From Lytechinus pictus (taxonomy: Eukaryota), in the NCBI RefSeq assembly GCF_037042905.1, contig NC_087246.1, positions 4,280,001 to 4,344,000 on the forward strand: a stretch of 64,000 bases of DNA, in the 5' to 3' direction. The notes beneath the pieces are model-generated. The model was given only the letters and a program-made list of their open reading frames with translations. It was not told where the DNA came from and did no database searches. The position numbers and the translations under genes are program-made. Positions 39,570-53,530 of the stretch are shown one piece after another; positions within the stretch are counted from its first letter, which is position 1; the number at the start of each line of letters is the position of its first letter.

Positions 39570-41523
39570 CAACGCCATCTTGGATATTGCTGCATGTTGA
39601 ACTGTCTTTTGGTTGCCATCTACAACATCATGAGAGCCGTCATTTCATAGTAACCAACTGGTCAAAATTTTACCTTTGTTCTATACAACGCGACTTAACA
39701 CCATGCAGCTTGCTGCAGTCAAACATGGACGCCATTTTGACCGTGCATATTTTTGGAAATGCGCCATTTTGAAAAGGCGGCATGGAAATTAACTTGTGGT
39801 CAGGGTATGGAGAACTGTATAACACTGACATTACAGAATATTATGATTTTCGGAGTTTTAAGGAAATAAGCTCTTGTCATGTTTTCATGTATATATCGCT
39901 TGCAGAGGGAATTGTTTTATAGTGCTTTCATTGTGTACAGTTCCAATTGGACCAGATCACGTGACTGCTTCGTATTTCGGTGTGATGACGTATATACAGA
40001 GGACGACGTCATACATCGAATTTAGTACTGATTATGGGATGTCCATTACCACCCGGAGTTTGTATTATTTTCATCTTTGGATTGAGACATAAAATGTCGC
40101 CGCAAGTGAAAAAAAGAGACAAATGTGAATGACTTTATCCTCAAAATGACGCCATAGGCAACATGATTTTGTTTCGTTGTCAATGTAAAGAATTTAATAA
40201 TATAGGTATTGTGACAAGTAAGTTCTTGAAGAGATGGATTCTGTAAATAAAGAGTTTGATAATGATGATGGGAATAGTGAGACAGAACGGCTCGATGGAC
40301 CATGAAGACTGGACAAAAATGAAACGATGATAGATAGTGAATGGATAATGATTTATGGCCGGGAGTTTGGGAAGAGGTGCAACATTTATGAACTGAATGA
40401 AAGTGCAGAAATTGCTCCAGCTTTAAACAATAAGGCAAGATTAAAGGCATGATTGAAGGTAAATTAAATTGGTTAAAATGATTCAATAACTAATAATGAC
40501 AATAACATTTCTATAGCGTCTTCTCTTGGAAAGGTACAAAACGCAACAATGAATAGTCTTTATCGAATAGAAAATCATGAAAAGTAGATAAAAAGCCGTT
40601 TTGAGTGTAATTACATGAAGTGGGAGACAATGATTATCAAACCATCCTGCTTAAAAATGAATAAGGAATACACATTTACATTTACCTTCCATTACACTCA
40701 GATTACATGTGTTTATAGAACCAGTGATATTTGTTGTATTGACGTTGTAATGTATTCTAAGAACAAGGAGAGCTGTACCGTTCCCGCACATGCCTGGTTT
40801 GGTTCGTTTGTCTTTTGCTTTATTGATATCAGACTAGATCTATAAGGAGATTCTCGTCTTTTTGTATTAAGTCCATGTTAACAAATACAGTAAACATTTG
40901 TAATAAATGAGTAATCTTTATCAATTCAATAATAAAATCATCTAGGACCATGGCAGTTTCCTTTGATGCATCGTAAAAGGATCACAGTCATTAATTACCT
41001 AGTCTTACGTGCACTTCGCCTGTTGACAACAATATTATAAAAAAATGCTTAGCAACGTGTCTTATCAAGTATTTATCACACACACAGATAGACGACCCTC
41101 AGCTTGAAAGCTAGACCTTCAACTTTTAAAGCAATATATATAATTTTATCGAAATCTTTATCTTTTCAAACTTCTTTATAAATTCCATGTTCCGAGATAG
41201 TTTACATGTTAATTTATTTTCTTAATTTAAGGCTTTGTATTCATCATGTGTTATTCTTTAAAAATATTGTAGAGTTGATAAATTAATAATTAGTCAGAGA
41301 CTGACAATCTCCTATTTTTGTTCAAAATACACAATCTAATATTAGAGAAAAATATGGATAAAGATATGTGTCAAATACTGGTTTTAAAATGTCATTCATA
41401 TCAGATGCAGTTTCATTTTTAAAACGAATATTAATAGGGTGTTATTGACTAATGTTCGTAGTGAACATGTGTACGTATGATATTGTCAGTCTCTGTGTTA
41501 TTATGGAGCCCTGGTAATTGTGA

Positions 41524-41529
41524 AATAAA
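41524..41529 (+). terminator. Candidate Tbx1 polyadenylation signal
   Basis: AATAAA followed by ATTAAA and a GT/T-rich stretch near 41590; other AATAAA hexamers lie upstream, so this assignment is not unique. Confidence 0.25.
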
Positions 41530-44202
41530 TTTACATTAAAATAATATACATGTAGTCGATGTTAATGTTAACTGTAACGATGGAACTCGTCTGCCTTTGT
41601 CTGCTTTCCGGTTTCCTTGCCAAATTTGACTATCATTTGTTTATTATGATTTTTAGCTCTCAATTCATCTGTTTAAATTCTGACGACTAATAACACACGT
41701 TTATCGTTTTGATATTGGTTATATTGATGATTCTAATCATGCATGTTGTTTGGGATGACATACTGTAAATTTGAATATATGAATTCCTGTTTGAACTTTA
41801 AGAGGGCATTATAAAGAATGGACGCATAGTTGTGAAGATAGATGTATAGATGTTTTGGCACAGATTGAGGTTTGAGAAGACTAATTGAAAGGGAGAGAGA
41901 TCTATAGTGTGCGTATGTGACGGTGCGTGTGTGTATGTAAGGGAATGAGCGAGAGAGACAGATTGAAAGGGAGAGGGAGACAAAGAAATGAAGTGAATGA
42001 AATGAAGGATTGGTTATAGTAAATGTAAGATATATTATTAGAATGGAAATACCAACCAGTAAAGGTTGTAGATTGCGGACTAAGGACATGGATTTATGAT
42101 GGAGAAATATGAACTTAATATTTGCTACTTTTGGATCTTAAAAGATCTCAATTAAAACCCATTAATAGAGAATGATATAGAATGTGTCACTGTCTTTTGT
42201 TTTTATAAGTTGACTGATTGATTAGCATTTTTTTATGAATGATGATGAAAATATATATATATATTTTTTTAAACGTTTCTATTTAGTATAACCATCTCAT
42301 ACACATATTACAAAACAAGTTTAATAACCATATAAAATAACAATGTACAGTATGGATAGGTTACATTTTGATAAAAAAATACATACAAAAACAAAGGGAA
42401 AATAAAAAATGATGAAAATATTTGGTGTCGGCCTAATTTATTTTCGTATAAGTATGATCTAGCAATGAACGTCAACACGTGAAATGGGATGAAATGCGAA
42501 CACAAAATAGATTTGATATTTGTCTGTCTTTTTGTTTTACTTGATGGTACTTGCAATATTTATCACCATTAGGATCACAACATAAATAGACCTCACATTA
42601 TCTGCTGCAGTTGCTTCTTATATCTTAACTGGCTTCCTCCGAACCAACACTTTTTAGTACGCAGGTTGTGGCGGCTAAAGGGGAGGGGGTCGACCCTATA
42701 ATTTTCAAGTAGTGAAAAAAAAGAACAGAAGAAAGGAAAAAAGTGTATCAAAATATGAGGTCTGGTTAGCGTATTTCTAAATTATACCCTTCTGTTATTG
42801 ATTTAAATAATTACGTCACCTCTATATTTTAGTTTGCTTGACGCTCCACCATCAAGTGACCCCGGTGATACACGTATGAACAAATTTTATGCACAATTTT
42901 TTAGAATGGTTTACTAGAACTAAAATTTCTATGTAAAAGGGTCATTGGAGCTTGATGCCGCTTCTGGTCAATAAAGAGAATGAAACTCTCGGTTAATTAT
43001 AGTGTACGATGCTATCTACGGTAGATATAGAATCATTATTTTCCTCGTCATCAAAGTTGATTTGTTAATATAACACTCCGTTTTAAATAATTGCAACCTC
43101 TACCAGTATCTCACAACAACTATCGTCCTCTTTTATCATTTTTCATTTATTTATTGAAATATGCATATACAATATATTGACCAGCAACAAGGCTGAATGG
43201 GTCAATTTACAATATTAAGAAAAAAACAAAAATAAAACGTTGAGTAAATATAATATTTGACTTGGTGTTTGAATGACATCAACAATTATGGAAATCAATT
43301 TGCATGGAGATCTATATATTTCACAATCCTCTTACCTCCTTCCTTCCCCCCTTTCTCTATCTCTCTATCTTTCTCTATCTCTCTCTCTCTCTCTCTTACT
43401 CCCGTATTCTCTCTGTCTACACACAAAGAAACAAAAATATCATGTAATTTTAGTTACGAGGCGAACAAAAGACATGAACTCTTGGTCACGTAAATATTTT
43501 CTATTCAGAAAGGGGAGGGGTGAGGAGGGAGAGAGAGAAGGTGGAAATTGTGGGAAAGAGAGAGGTATCATTGGATCACGTTATTCCTTTCTATACCCCC
43601 CACGAAAAAAATAAGATGAACTAACATTAAATGTACCTTAAACCTCAACTATTACACTCACAAACTACCTGTTTCATTATTCCGGAAATATAAATATATT
43701 ATTATATCATTTAAATTACTGGAACCAACAACACCCAAACAAAATGCAGAATAATACAAGATATACATGAGCATATCAGATTTGAGCAGAGGGGTGATTA
43801 ATTTTGTTCGACTTTCACAACCATTAAATGATGCGATGTGTCATGGGGTAAGATCTTCTTCATGGTACGTCACCCAACATGATATGATTCATTGAGCTCT
43901 GCGAGTCAGTATGGTATGGGCCCAGATGGTGAAATGCCCAACAAAATGGAAAACTGCAAATAGAAGTGTCACCTTTTTTTTCTATGGATTTGGGTTCTTG
44001 GTAAATCGATTAACAGCATTCTTCGTGATGGTTCCTTGTGATATATGAGGCTCATGATATCATACTACCTTTTCTACTTCTTATCAATGTTTTTGCAGCT
44101 TTATCAATTACATATATTTATTCTTTCATTCTCAAAATTATTTTGATAAATTTGATGAAAAATAATAAAACATGAATAGTACGGGATAAAGAATAATAAT
44201 AA

Positions 44203-44398
44203 GTGTATCACAGCGGCGTGCGCCTGTAAATCCAAGCTATGTGGTGATGTTACAAATTGATGCAAAGATTCCAGGTTCGAGCCTTGGTCACCTCTTCTAG
44301 ATAGTGGTGTTAAAGATCGGTCCCAGACGGAAATCTGATTGTTACACGTCTGACAAAACTAAAACATCTCCCCCACACACATACACCCTTACATACAG
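44203..44398 (+). mobile_element. Putative SINE with 7SL/Alu-like head, B-box-like motif and CA-rich tail
   Basis: GGCGTGCGCCTGTAAATCCAAGCTA at 44215-44239; GGTTCGAGCC at 44274-44283; CACACACATACAC tail. Confidence 0.55.
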
Positions 44399-45696
44399 CT
44401 AAATAAATAATGTCAAGATTCTAATTTGACAATAACGTTATGTTATATAAAAAGATTAGACTGTAGAACGGGAATAAAATACATTATTTATCATGTCTTT
44501 TAAGATTCTGACTGATTAATAATGATTGCTGTTGTCAAGCCTAAACATATTCCTGTTACCATGTTCAAAATCATCGTTGCTAGAAATTAGAATAAATAAG
44601 GAACTTCTAATGGTTTCCCATTCCAAAACGGATAGAAGGACGAAAGTCTGGGATGAAAGCACTTTGACTAAAGTTCATGATGTTGACGATTCAACTTGGT
44701 GAACAGACATGATTACTTCACCCAATGCATATCATCCTCTTGCAAACCACAATCTTCTTTGAATCGTCACAGATCATTAGCAATGGTAACGGAGTTCTTA
44801 TTTATTAGTTTGTAATTGGAAAGGATTGTTGGTTAATCAGATGCGATACATCATAATCGACAAGACGTGGTATATGGATCTGTCTTTATCATTGGTGGGT
44901 TATGATCACGTGTCTATAGGGAAAAGGACGAGCAAAATATTGCTGCTACTTTGACGTGTTTTTTCAGTGCGATTAGCTAGCTATCGCATAAAAGTTAGAT
45001 TATTATCTCTATCAGCGTTTAGAAATAATAAGGACCCATTACTAATAAGTACAAATAAGTACAGAGTACAGACGCATGGATGCGTTTTTATATTTTAATT
45101 TGATTTGATTCAAATCGATTGAACTATTTTACATGAATGTCATTTATTTAGGTTAATGATCAAAATGATGATTACCATACACGTACAATATGCATATTTG
45201 AGAATAATTAATACATTTTCTTTAAAAAAAAATGTTAAATAGAATTTGAATGATCACCCCAATTCACAGCCATAGGTAATAGTGTTGTAACTTGACCATG
45301 TATGATACAGAGTGTAAGTGATATAGACAGATGGTCTGTGGATAATAAAAACATTGATTACATGGTATGGCAGGATAGTTGTATCAGAGTCGAGGGAGGG
45401 GCACACGTAAAGACCCAAAATTATGTTATTTTTCTATATTCTTTCATTCATACACATTTATTCATTTATTTTTCAATCGTTCATTGGCTCACTCACTCAT
45501 ATCATTTTTCATTTATTGTTTTCTGATATATTTTAACTAGTCTATTCATTCCTCCTTACTCTTATTTCTTAAATGATTTTTTATAACCTCGTCTCGTCAT
45601 TTTGTTTGCTTATTTTGTAACTGATCGATTCAACTGTTTGATAATTTACCCGGCTTTCCATTCAAAATTAAAAGTATATTCATGCATTGAGTACTT

Positions 45697-46176
45697 TTAA
45701 AGGACAAATCCCCCACAACGAAATGTTTATTTGAATAAAAAGGGAGAGAAAAATAGCATAAGGCTAAAAAATCATCAAAATCGAATGTAAAATAAGAAAA
45801 TTTTGTCTTATTAAATTTCGCTTTATTTCATAAAACAGTTCCTGGTCGACATGCAAATAAGGGAGCCGATTACATCATTCTCTAACCATTTATTTTTTAT
45901 TTATTAAATGAAACTGAAATTTTTCTTCATTATAATATGAAAGAAGGTTTGATTCATTTTTTAACATGTGAGATTGCCATGGTTATTACTTATTGTGATT
46001 CATGAATAAGATCCCTTTTCATGCTCGTAGTCAAATCTGCAAAAAATTGAAATATTCCATATTTCGTATGATAAAAAAGAACAAACTAGTGCATGCGTGA
46101 GTGTTATCACTGAATTGACTTTCTCATTTGCATACATTATAACTGTCTTGTCCATATATATTATATATATGAATAT

Positions 46177-46212
<36 letters not shown>

Positions 46213-46407
46213 TATAATATATATATTTATATATATACATATAATGTATATATATATATATATATATATTGTGAAAAGACTATTTTGTGGAAAATAAGCC
46301 AAACTTCCAAGATCCAATTTTGATGAATTTTTAGGCATTATAATCCGTTTGATTTTCTCCCTTTTAATGATATTCACTTTGTTGTTGGAGTGGGTTTCAC
46401 GTTTTAA
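45697..46407. mobile_element. Diverged relative of the 24373 element with an internal (TA)n expansion
   Basis: TTAA-AGGACAAATCCCCCACAAC ... GTTGGAGTGGGTTTCACGTT-TTAA; shared internal ATGTAAAATAAGA and GACATGCAAAT; (TA)n at about 46155-46268. Confidence 0.7.
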
Positions 46408-46610
46408 CCATTGTAATATCGGGTTGTTTGGCCATCAATATCATGACGTACACTAAGTAGAAGAAAAGTGACCCTCCATCTGTCTTATTTTAACTATAAT
46501 TTATAAACGTCAAGAGGTACGGTTTTCTCAATTCGACCACCCCCCCCCCCCGGGCCATGGAAACGATTTTTTAAGAGAGGGCGCTGGTTTGAAGAAAAAG
46601 ATGTTAATCC

Positions 46611-46613
<3 letters not shown>

Positions 46614-46655
<42 letters not shown>
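46614..46655. repeat. (TA)n microsatellite; a further tract at about 46773-46820
   Basis: Read directly. Confidence 0.95.
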
Positions 46656-46658
<3 letters not shown>

Positions 46659-46788
46659 CACATCATGGGCACTGACGAAGAGTGTGACTTTACCTTTCAT
46701 TTTTGAGAGCTATGCTCCTTTTAAAATCTACGATTTTATTTCCACGGCATTTACTAAACCTTTTGTGATTACTATATATATATTATAT

Positions 46789-46821
<33 letters not shown>

Positions 46822-47930
46822 AACTCGCTACAAAATGAAGGTGTTTTATATCAGAAAAAAAAGGAATGAGAAAAACATTGGACGAGAAGAAGAAAAAATA
46901 GGGTTCTCGCGCTCGCTTCAAAATGAAGGTGATTTTGAACAAATTTCTACTTGTTAGCATACCAACCTGATTTCCACGGGGTGCTGCCTATACTATAGTG
47001 TACCACAGTATCCCCTTTACAAATCTTGACGGTGCTTCAGCCCCCCCCCCCCGCACCCCTGCTTCTCAGGGCCATGCCCCTCCCCCACCTCCTTTCATAA
47101 GAAAGTTAAAGTAAAGTATATACGAGTATAGAAAATGAAAAACTGAAAGAGAGAAAGAGAAATGAATTGTGAGAAATTATCCTTTCCAGATCTACGATTA
47201 TCGTCTCGGGACCGCACTGGGTAGCTAACCGATCGACAGTGATGGATAATATCTGGTAAATTGATATTTTCAGATTTTCTTTCTTCAATAACGGTCTGTG
47301 TTTCTACCTGCTCTTAAGCGCCTCCATGGAGCCCCCCGTATGACAGGGTGCTATGTGATGCCGCCCTCCCCCGGGACTAGGGGCATAGCAGTATCATGGC
47401 AATCACCATCCATCCATCTCCTATACATTTTCCAGTCTTCATCTTCAAAACGATGTCCCTTTGATGAATTTCGAACCCGGGGAATTGTGACCCAAATTGA
47501 TGGAGAAAGGTGAAATACATGGCATGCAAGAGGGACCAGTATTCGGGTAATTTTTGATACATATCTCACGGTAATTGTAGCGAAAGAGATGGAGATTTAA
47601 TGATTTTCTCTCTGGAGCGCGTGCTTGTGATCACTGTGATCAAAGCAATGATATTAATACACCGACTGACTTCGAACAGAACAACATCGACATTGACAAA
47701 TGACTCAAAACCACTCAATACCCTTTCATAGGTTGCTTCCATTATAAATGACATTTCCAACTCTTTATTCGTCAATCTATGTACCTACATCAATTGCGTG
47801 GAAGAAAACTTGATATCAATATACATTCTGAAATATGCATCCTTTCATTTCATTTTGATTATTGTTAATTAGACAAAGATGCCGAATCTTCTTTTAAAAT
47901 ATGTAGTGTTTTTATCCTAATCTTCATTTA

Positions 47931-48258
47931 GGGGCCGTGGTGCAGAATCCCACCGCGGTATGGTGTTCTTTGGCAAGGTATTAATCCACACTTTGCCACT
48001 CTCGACCCCCGGGTGCATGCTAAATGGGTACCCGGTAGGATGTGGAAGTCATTGTAGCTTGTCCAGTATTGTGTGCACCTCACAGGCGACTGACTAGAAT
48101 ACTCCCCAGGGAGTGGAGGATGTGCACACATTGTATGCGAGAATGACCGATTGAATCCGATGACCGGGGTAATAATATATCTGTAAAGCGTTTAGACAAG
48201 TCGTTTCGTTGTATCAAGCGCTAATATATAAAAGCGGATTAGCATTATTGTTATTATT
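47931..48258 (+). mobile_element. SINE with conserved central core and L2-like 3' tail; head partly deleted
   Basis: GGCAAGGTATTAATCCAC...CTCGACCCCCGGGTG..AAATGGGTACC core; 3' CTGTAAAGCG...AAGCGCTAATATATAAAAG...TTATTGTTATTATT tail. Confidence 0.75.
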
Positions 48259-49104
48259 TACAATATGTCACAATTGTCACTTATTGGATGTGCCTGCTCA
48301 GATAGGTAAACATTATCATCTGAAAATTTCTAAATTGAAATACATTTTTGGAACCTGTCACAAAATTACTGATTAGACAATTCTGTCTGTGGACTTTAAC
48401 CATGTCTATAAGCAACACACAGGTTTTTGTTATCTTCTTTTCCTATTAAAGCAAAAGGACAACGAAAAGAGATAAATACACAATAGTTTTTGTTTAATAC
48501 GCTAATTCAATTATTCTTCTCTTAAATGTCATATTTTTTGCACATCTGAAAACCAAAACATTCTCGCCAATCATTTTTTTATAGAGAGACGGAATAATAA
48601 ACAACAGTCTCCCGAAATGATATTTTATAATATATAGATGAATGAGAGAGTTGAAGAAAGAGAAAAAGAGATCAAGGAAAAAAATAGAGAGAGAGGGAGA
48701 GAGAGAGAGAGGGGTGGGGTGGGGGGAGATGACACAATGAAAGAATAAAAATACATATTTGATGGATGGTACTTTTTTTTCTCAGCCATAACCTTTCACG
48801 CTATTCTGGTCACTCGGGAAATTTCTCTGATTTGATGCAGTTGATTTTTTTTGTCTTTCAGGATTGAGATTAGAAGAGGTAATAATTGAGCAATGATTGT
48901 CTCATGATATTGGGATACGTCAACTTTGTATCACCCTGATGAATTACATTTTGTCGTGGTCTCACTTTCTGAGACAGTTAAGACGAGTATTGTGAGCTAT
49001 TTTGCAGTTTGGCAGTGAAAATAACTTTAGATAAAGACTGCGGAGAAATCAACAGACGAATAAACTCTTTCTTCGAACCATGTGAACGATGGCGACGAAA
49101 CATG

Positions 49105-49472
49105 GTAGAGAAAAGAAGAAAAAGAGAAGAAAAACAAGAAGTGGGTAAAGGGAAATAGTGAGAAAAGGAAGAACAAAGGAGAAGAAGAAGAAAAAAAAAG
49201 AAGCTGAAGAAGAAGTAGAAGAAGTAGAAGAAGAAGTAGAAGAAGAGGAAGAAGAAGTAGAAGAAGAAGTAGAAGTAGAAGAAGAAGAAGAAGAAGTAGA
49301 CGAAGAAGTAGAAGAAGAAGCTGAAGAAGAAGAAGAAGCTGAAGAAGAATAAGAAGAAGAAGAAGAAGGAGAAGAAGAAGTAGACGAATGAGAAGAAGAA
49401 GAAGCTGAAGAAGAAGAAGCTGAAGAAGAAGAAGAAGAAGAAGAATAAGAAGAAGAATAAGAAGAAGAAAAA
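49105..49472. repeat. Imperfect (GAA)n microsatellite, about 370 bp
   Basis: GAA runs interrupted by GTA, GCT and TAA; explains the poly-Glu and poly-Phe ORFs. Confidence 0.95.
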
Positions 49473-50043
49473 CAAGGTTGTGACTATAAAAAGCTTACAT
49501 CTCTATTCTACCCCAATAAGGGTAAGAACATTTGAGAAGTAATAAGGTAAATGGAAAAAAAGAAGAAAAATAAATATTCGTATTATTCGCGGAGGAATTA
49601 AGAAGCGTAAATCGTGTGTCATAAGGTATCGAATTAAAGAAGACAAGTTTAAGGTGATGTAAATAAAATGTCATAATCACTTGCCTTTTCAGAAAAAATA
49701 ACTGAGAACATCGATTTCTTTTTTGTGGGATGCACTGTACATGCACTATACGATTGTCTGAAGAAGTCGATTACAGAGTCCTTTCTGATGACTTTTCCAC
49801 CTGTGCGTATGACGACATACTGGATTAACGCCTCCAGTCTACAAATTGGCACCTTCAAAGTCATCTTAAAGGTGATATTTGATGATCGTCTAGAAATTGC
49901 GAAAATTAAATTAATAATTAGATTTTTTTCTTAAATTTTCATATCATGGCATCCCATAGCACATAAGAAGGAATCCTACTTTATTTTATTGCATTCCAAT
50001 ATCTCAACTCTTATTTGAAACAAACCCCCTGTAAGAAATGAAT

Positions 50044-50497
50044 TTAAGGGGAGGTTCACCCTGACAAAAAGTTTATAGTAAAAATAGCAGAAAAAAATTT
50101 AAAAAAATATTTGTGAAGGTTTGAGGAAAATCCATAGAAGATTAAAAGTGTTATTTGATTTGTTTTTATTTACATGCGAGCTTCCCCATGGAGTAAACAA
50201 ACATCAATGAAATGTCATTTTCTCAAGAAATTGTGTTTTTATTGTACCTTTATTACATAAAGATAAAAATTACTTCACAACCGCTCCTGAAATTTTTTTT
50301 TAAAGTCATGTACCATTAACAAAAATTAAATTTACGCATTTTACATTACATAACTTATGGGGCAGCTGCTTAAAAATAAAAAGCTTAGAATTCTTACAAC
50401 TTTCTTAATTTACGATGGAATTTCCTCAAATCTTCAGCAATGTTTTTTTTTGTAATTTTTACAACAAACCTTTCTTTAGAGTGAACTTCCCCTTTAA
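50044..50497. mobile_element. TTAA-flanked non-autonomous TIR element
   Basis: TTAA-GGGGAGGTTCACCCTGACAAAAAGTTT ... AAACCTTTCTTTAGAGTGAACTTCCCCT-TTAA. Confidence 0.75.
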
Positions 50498-53166
50498 GTA
50501 ATGGCTAATCACTTCGGGATAAAATAAATAGGAAACAGTTAACAAGGTTAAATACAACATTAAAGAAGATCCTACACCAAAATTACATTTCTTGCTGCTG
50601 TGTTTTGTATTCAGACTTATTTCCTTATCCTTGCTTTTTCTTTCGGACTGTATTGTTTTTTGGTCATAATTTACAACTTTATTTTCTCACCATTTCTCTG
50701 AGGTTCTTATCTCAGTAAGACAAATTCCACCCACTCAGCATAAAGTCACAAAACTACAGATGATTTAAATATATTTAAAACCAAGAAGCTAAATCATTTT
50801 ATATTTCTTATTTTCCTCATCACCTCCCATATTACAAAATACGGGGATAAATATTATTTTTTACTAGTGTTTCAGGGGCTCATAATATGTCTAAAAGTGA
50901 CAGGTTAATATCACCTTTTTTCTCATAGGATTGTAATATTCATGACCGCTTAGAGAAAGTCCACTAAAAGGATTAATATGATTATGTCACAGGGTCACAG
51001 AATAAAGGAATAATCATGACACAAATCATGGGCAACGTTGTGATGAGTTTAACCTTATTCGAATTGTTAAATTCTTCACTAAACGATCGCAATATAATGA
51101 CTTGTGCTATTGCTGGGGAATAAATAACCTTCATAAGTAAATATCAAACGTATTCTAATTATGCATTTCACACTACCACTCGGATCGTCTTGACATTTTG
51201 TCCACAAACTATCTTGTTATCATTTCGTGATTTTTTTTTAAAGTAAAAAAATCAATTAAAAAGGAAAATATCATTGCAGAAAATAAATCAAGTCAGTTTC
51301 AAACATACCAGGAACGTATGAAAGAATTGTCGAATAATTTCCGTTCAAAAATTCAAAATGTATTATATCTTTATTGAGACTCGACATGTCATATTTAGTG
51401 ACGATACACCTTTACAATCGGACCTTGTCTTATTTCTAATTAACTAAAAGTTAGAAAAAGACAAAAATCATATTGAAATAGGCCTTGTTGTCGGTGCACC
51501 TAATAAGAACATAATAAAAAAAAGTGCAGGATTGGGTTTACTTGTACTTTCCATTATCCACCCTCCCCTTCGCTATCGCTTTGTATTTGAGAGACGAAGG
51601 AGTGATTGGTAATCAGTTGGGACGAAGTGTAATCGCCAAAGTGTCGTCTCAATGCAAATAGGAATTTAGGGGCGTATTTCTTTGAACCAACTCGCCTATC
51701 GAAAGGCGCGAGAAAAATAAGGCGCAATTTTCACTTTCCGAATAGACGACAGACAAGGGGATGGAACTTAATATAAGCTGGTAAGAAAGCTTGCATGAAA
51801 GGAAGAAAAGGGGTTGTGGGGGTATTGGAGTTTGAGGATGATCTTGCGATGACTTTGTATCATTATTCTTGCGCTATGTATGAGCGTCAATTACTGCTAA
51901 TATAATCAACATCAACATCAATATCTTCACCATCATCATTACCATCATCATCATCATCACCATCAATGCTTAAAACGTTGTAGAAATAGCTCACGTGCTG
52001 TATTTTTCTTTTATTTCACGATTTTTCAAGATTTATCATATTTCAATCTTGGATATGATAATGAAAACTTAATTACATTGAAACATGTTTCTCATGAATA
52101 CCTTATTTTCCCCCTTGTGATACCATAAACACTTTATTTTAATGTAATGGTTGTTTGTTTATTTATTTCACTCAACATTGACTAGTCGATTCATCAACAT
52201 GATTGTATTTCGATGTATAATAATAATAATAATGATAATAAATTGGATTTATATAGCGTCTTTTCCATTTTGATTAAATGCTGAAGGTGCTTAGACAACA
52301 ACAAAAACAAAATAAAGATAAGTATAAGAAAAAGGCACATTTCAACAAAGGAAAATGTGATGAGGATCACTGATTTTTTTAAAACTTGTTTTAATGTACT
52401 ACGAATAAGAAAACAAATTAAAGGGTAATGAATTCTCAAGCAAAAGTTCCCAGTTCTTACGAACGTTTCTCCTCATCTCGAGTCAGCCACCAAGTCGTAA
52501 ACAATAACAGCACTTGCCTCCGACGAATGCCAACTAACGAAAGTGCACTGGTACTTTGCTGCTTCTCGGAATAATAACATTAAATTGACTTCATTTCGAT
52601 CTATTCTCGAGGTGTCTTGTAGCCGAGGCATAGGCTGGGTAAAAGGTTACCGATGTTTGGATAACACCGTTTGTAAAGTTGATTCCAATTCTTATACTCT
52701 TCATGTATTCTGTTGATGGGAAAGCAAATTAGTAGATAATTTGTCTTTTCGGCCCATGTCATAATTTTTAATGAAAAACGTGTATGTCCTAGAGAGACAG
52801 TGACACAAAGCTTACCAGTGGTCGTTTACGATTGATTACATTGATAACAGTTTACAATTAGTCATAAAAGCAAACATGTGATCAACCGTGAAGCTTAATG
52901 TTGCGCGTTCCTTGCTAGTTATAGATCTATCCTGATATCTACACACCTACAATGAAAGAGAAACGTATGAGGCGCCGAATGTACCAATATTATATAGAAC
53001 AATTATTTGTTATATAATCATTATTTATTAAATAATAACTATTATTTATATATAATTTACATTTTATTTGTAAATAACTACTATTATATAAAATATCATT
53101 TCTAATTATTTATATATAATTCCAAGTAATACTTCATTATTTGTAAATAATAATAGTTCGACATTC

Positions 53167-53530
53167 CATTATTTATAAATAATGATTATTTGTTTTTCAT
53201 TATTTATAAATAATGATTATTTGTTTTTCATTATTTACAAATAATGATTATTTGTTTTTCATTATTTATAAATAATGATAATTTGTTTTTCATTATTTAT
53301 AAATAATGATTATTAGTGTTTTTCATTATTTACAAATAATGATTATTTGTTTTTCATTATTTATAAATAATGATTATTTGTTTTTCATTATTTATAAATA
53401 ATGATTATTTGTTTTTCATTATTTATAAATAATGATAATTTGTTTTTCATTATTTACAAATAATGATTATTTGTTTTTCATTATTTATAAATAATGATTA
53501 TTTGTTTTTCATTGTTTATAAATAATTTGT
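53167..53530 (+). repeat. 31-bp tandem array (11 full units plus a partial) in left foldback arm
   Basis: Unit CATTATTTATAAATAATGATTATTTGTTTTT starting at 53167, 53198, 53229, and so on. Confidence 0.95.

Noticed and set aside
46000..46960. IYIYIY ORFs
   Set aside because: Translations of (TA)n tracts.
47290..47790. Moderately GC-rich stretch with several overlapping 60-70 aa ORFs
   Set aside because: No recognisable protein motif and no consistent splice phase with either gene; cannot be supported as coding.
48978..49475. Poly-Phe and poly-Glu ORFs
   Set aside because: Translations of the (GAA)n microsatellite.
53167..53530. Regular 31-bp palindromic repeats resembling a CRISPR array
   Set aside because: No unique spacers, no cas genes, eukaryotic context; it is a tandem array within a TIR.
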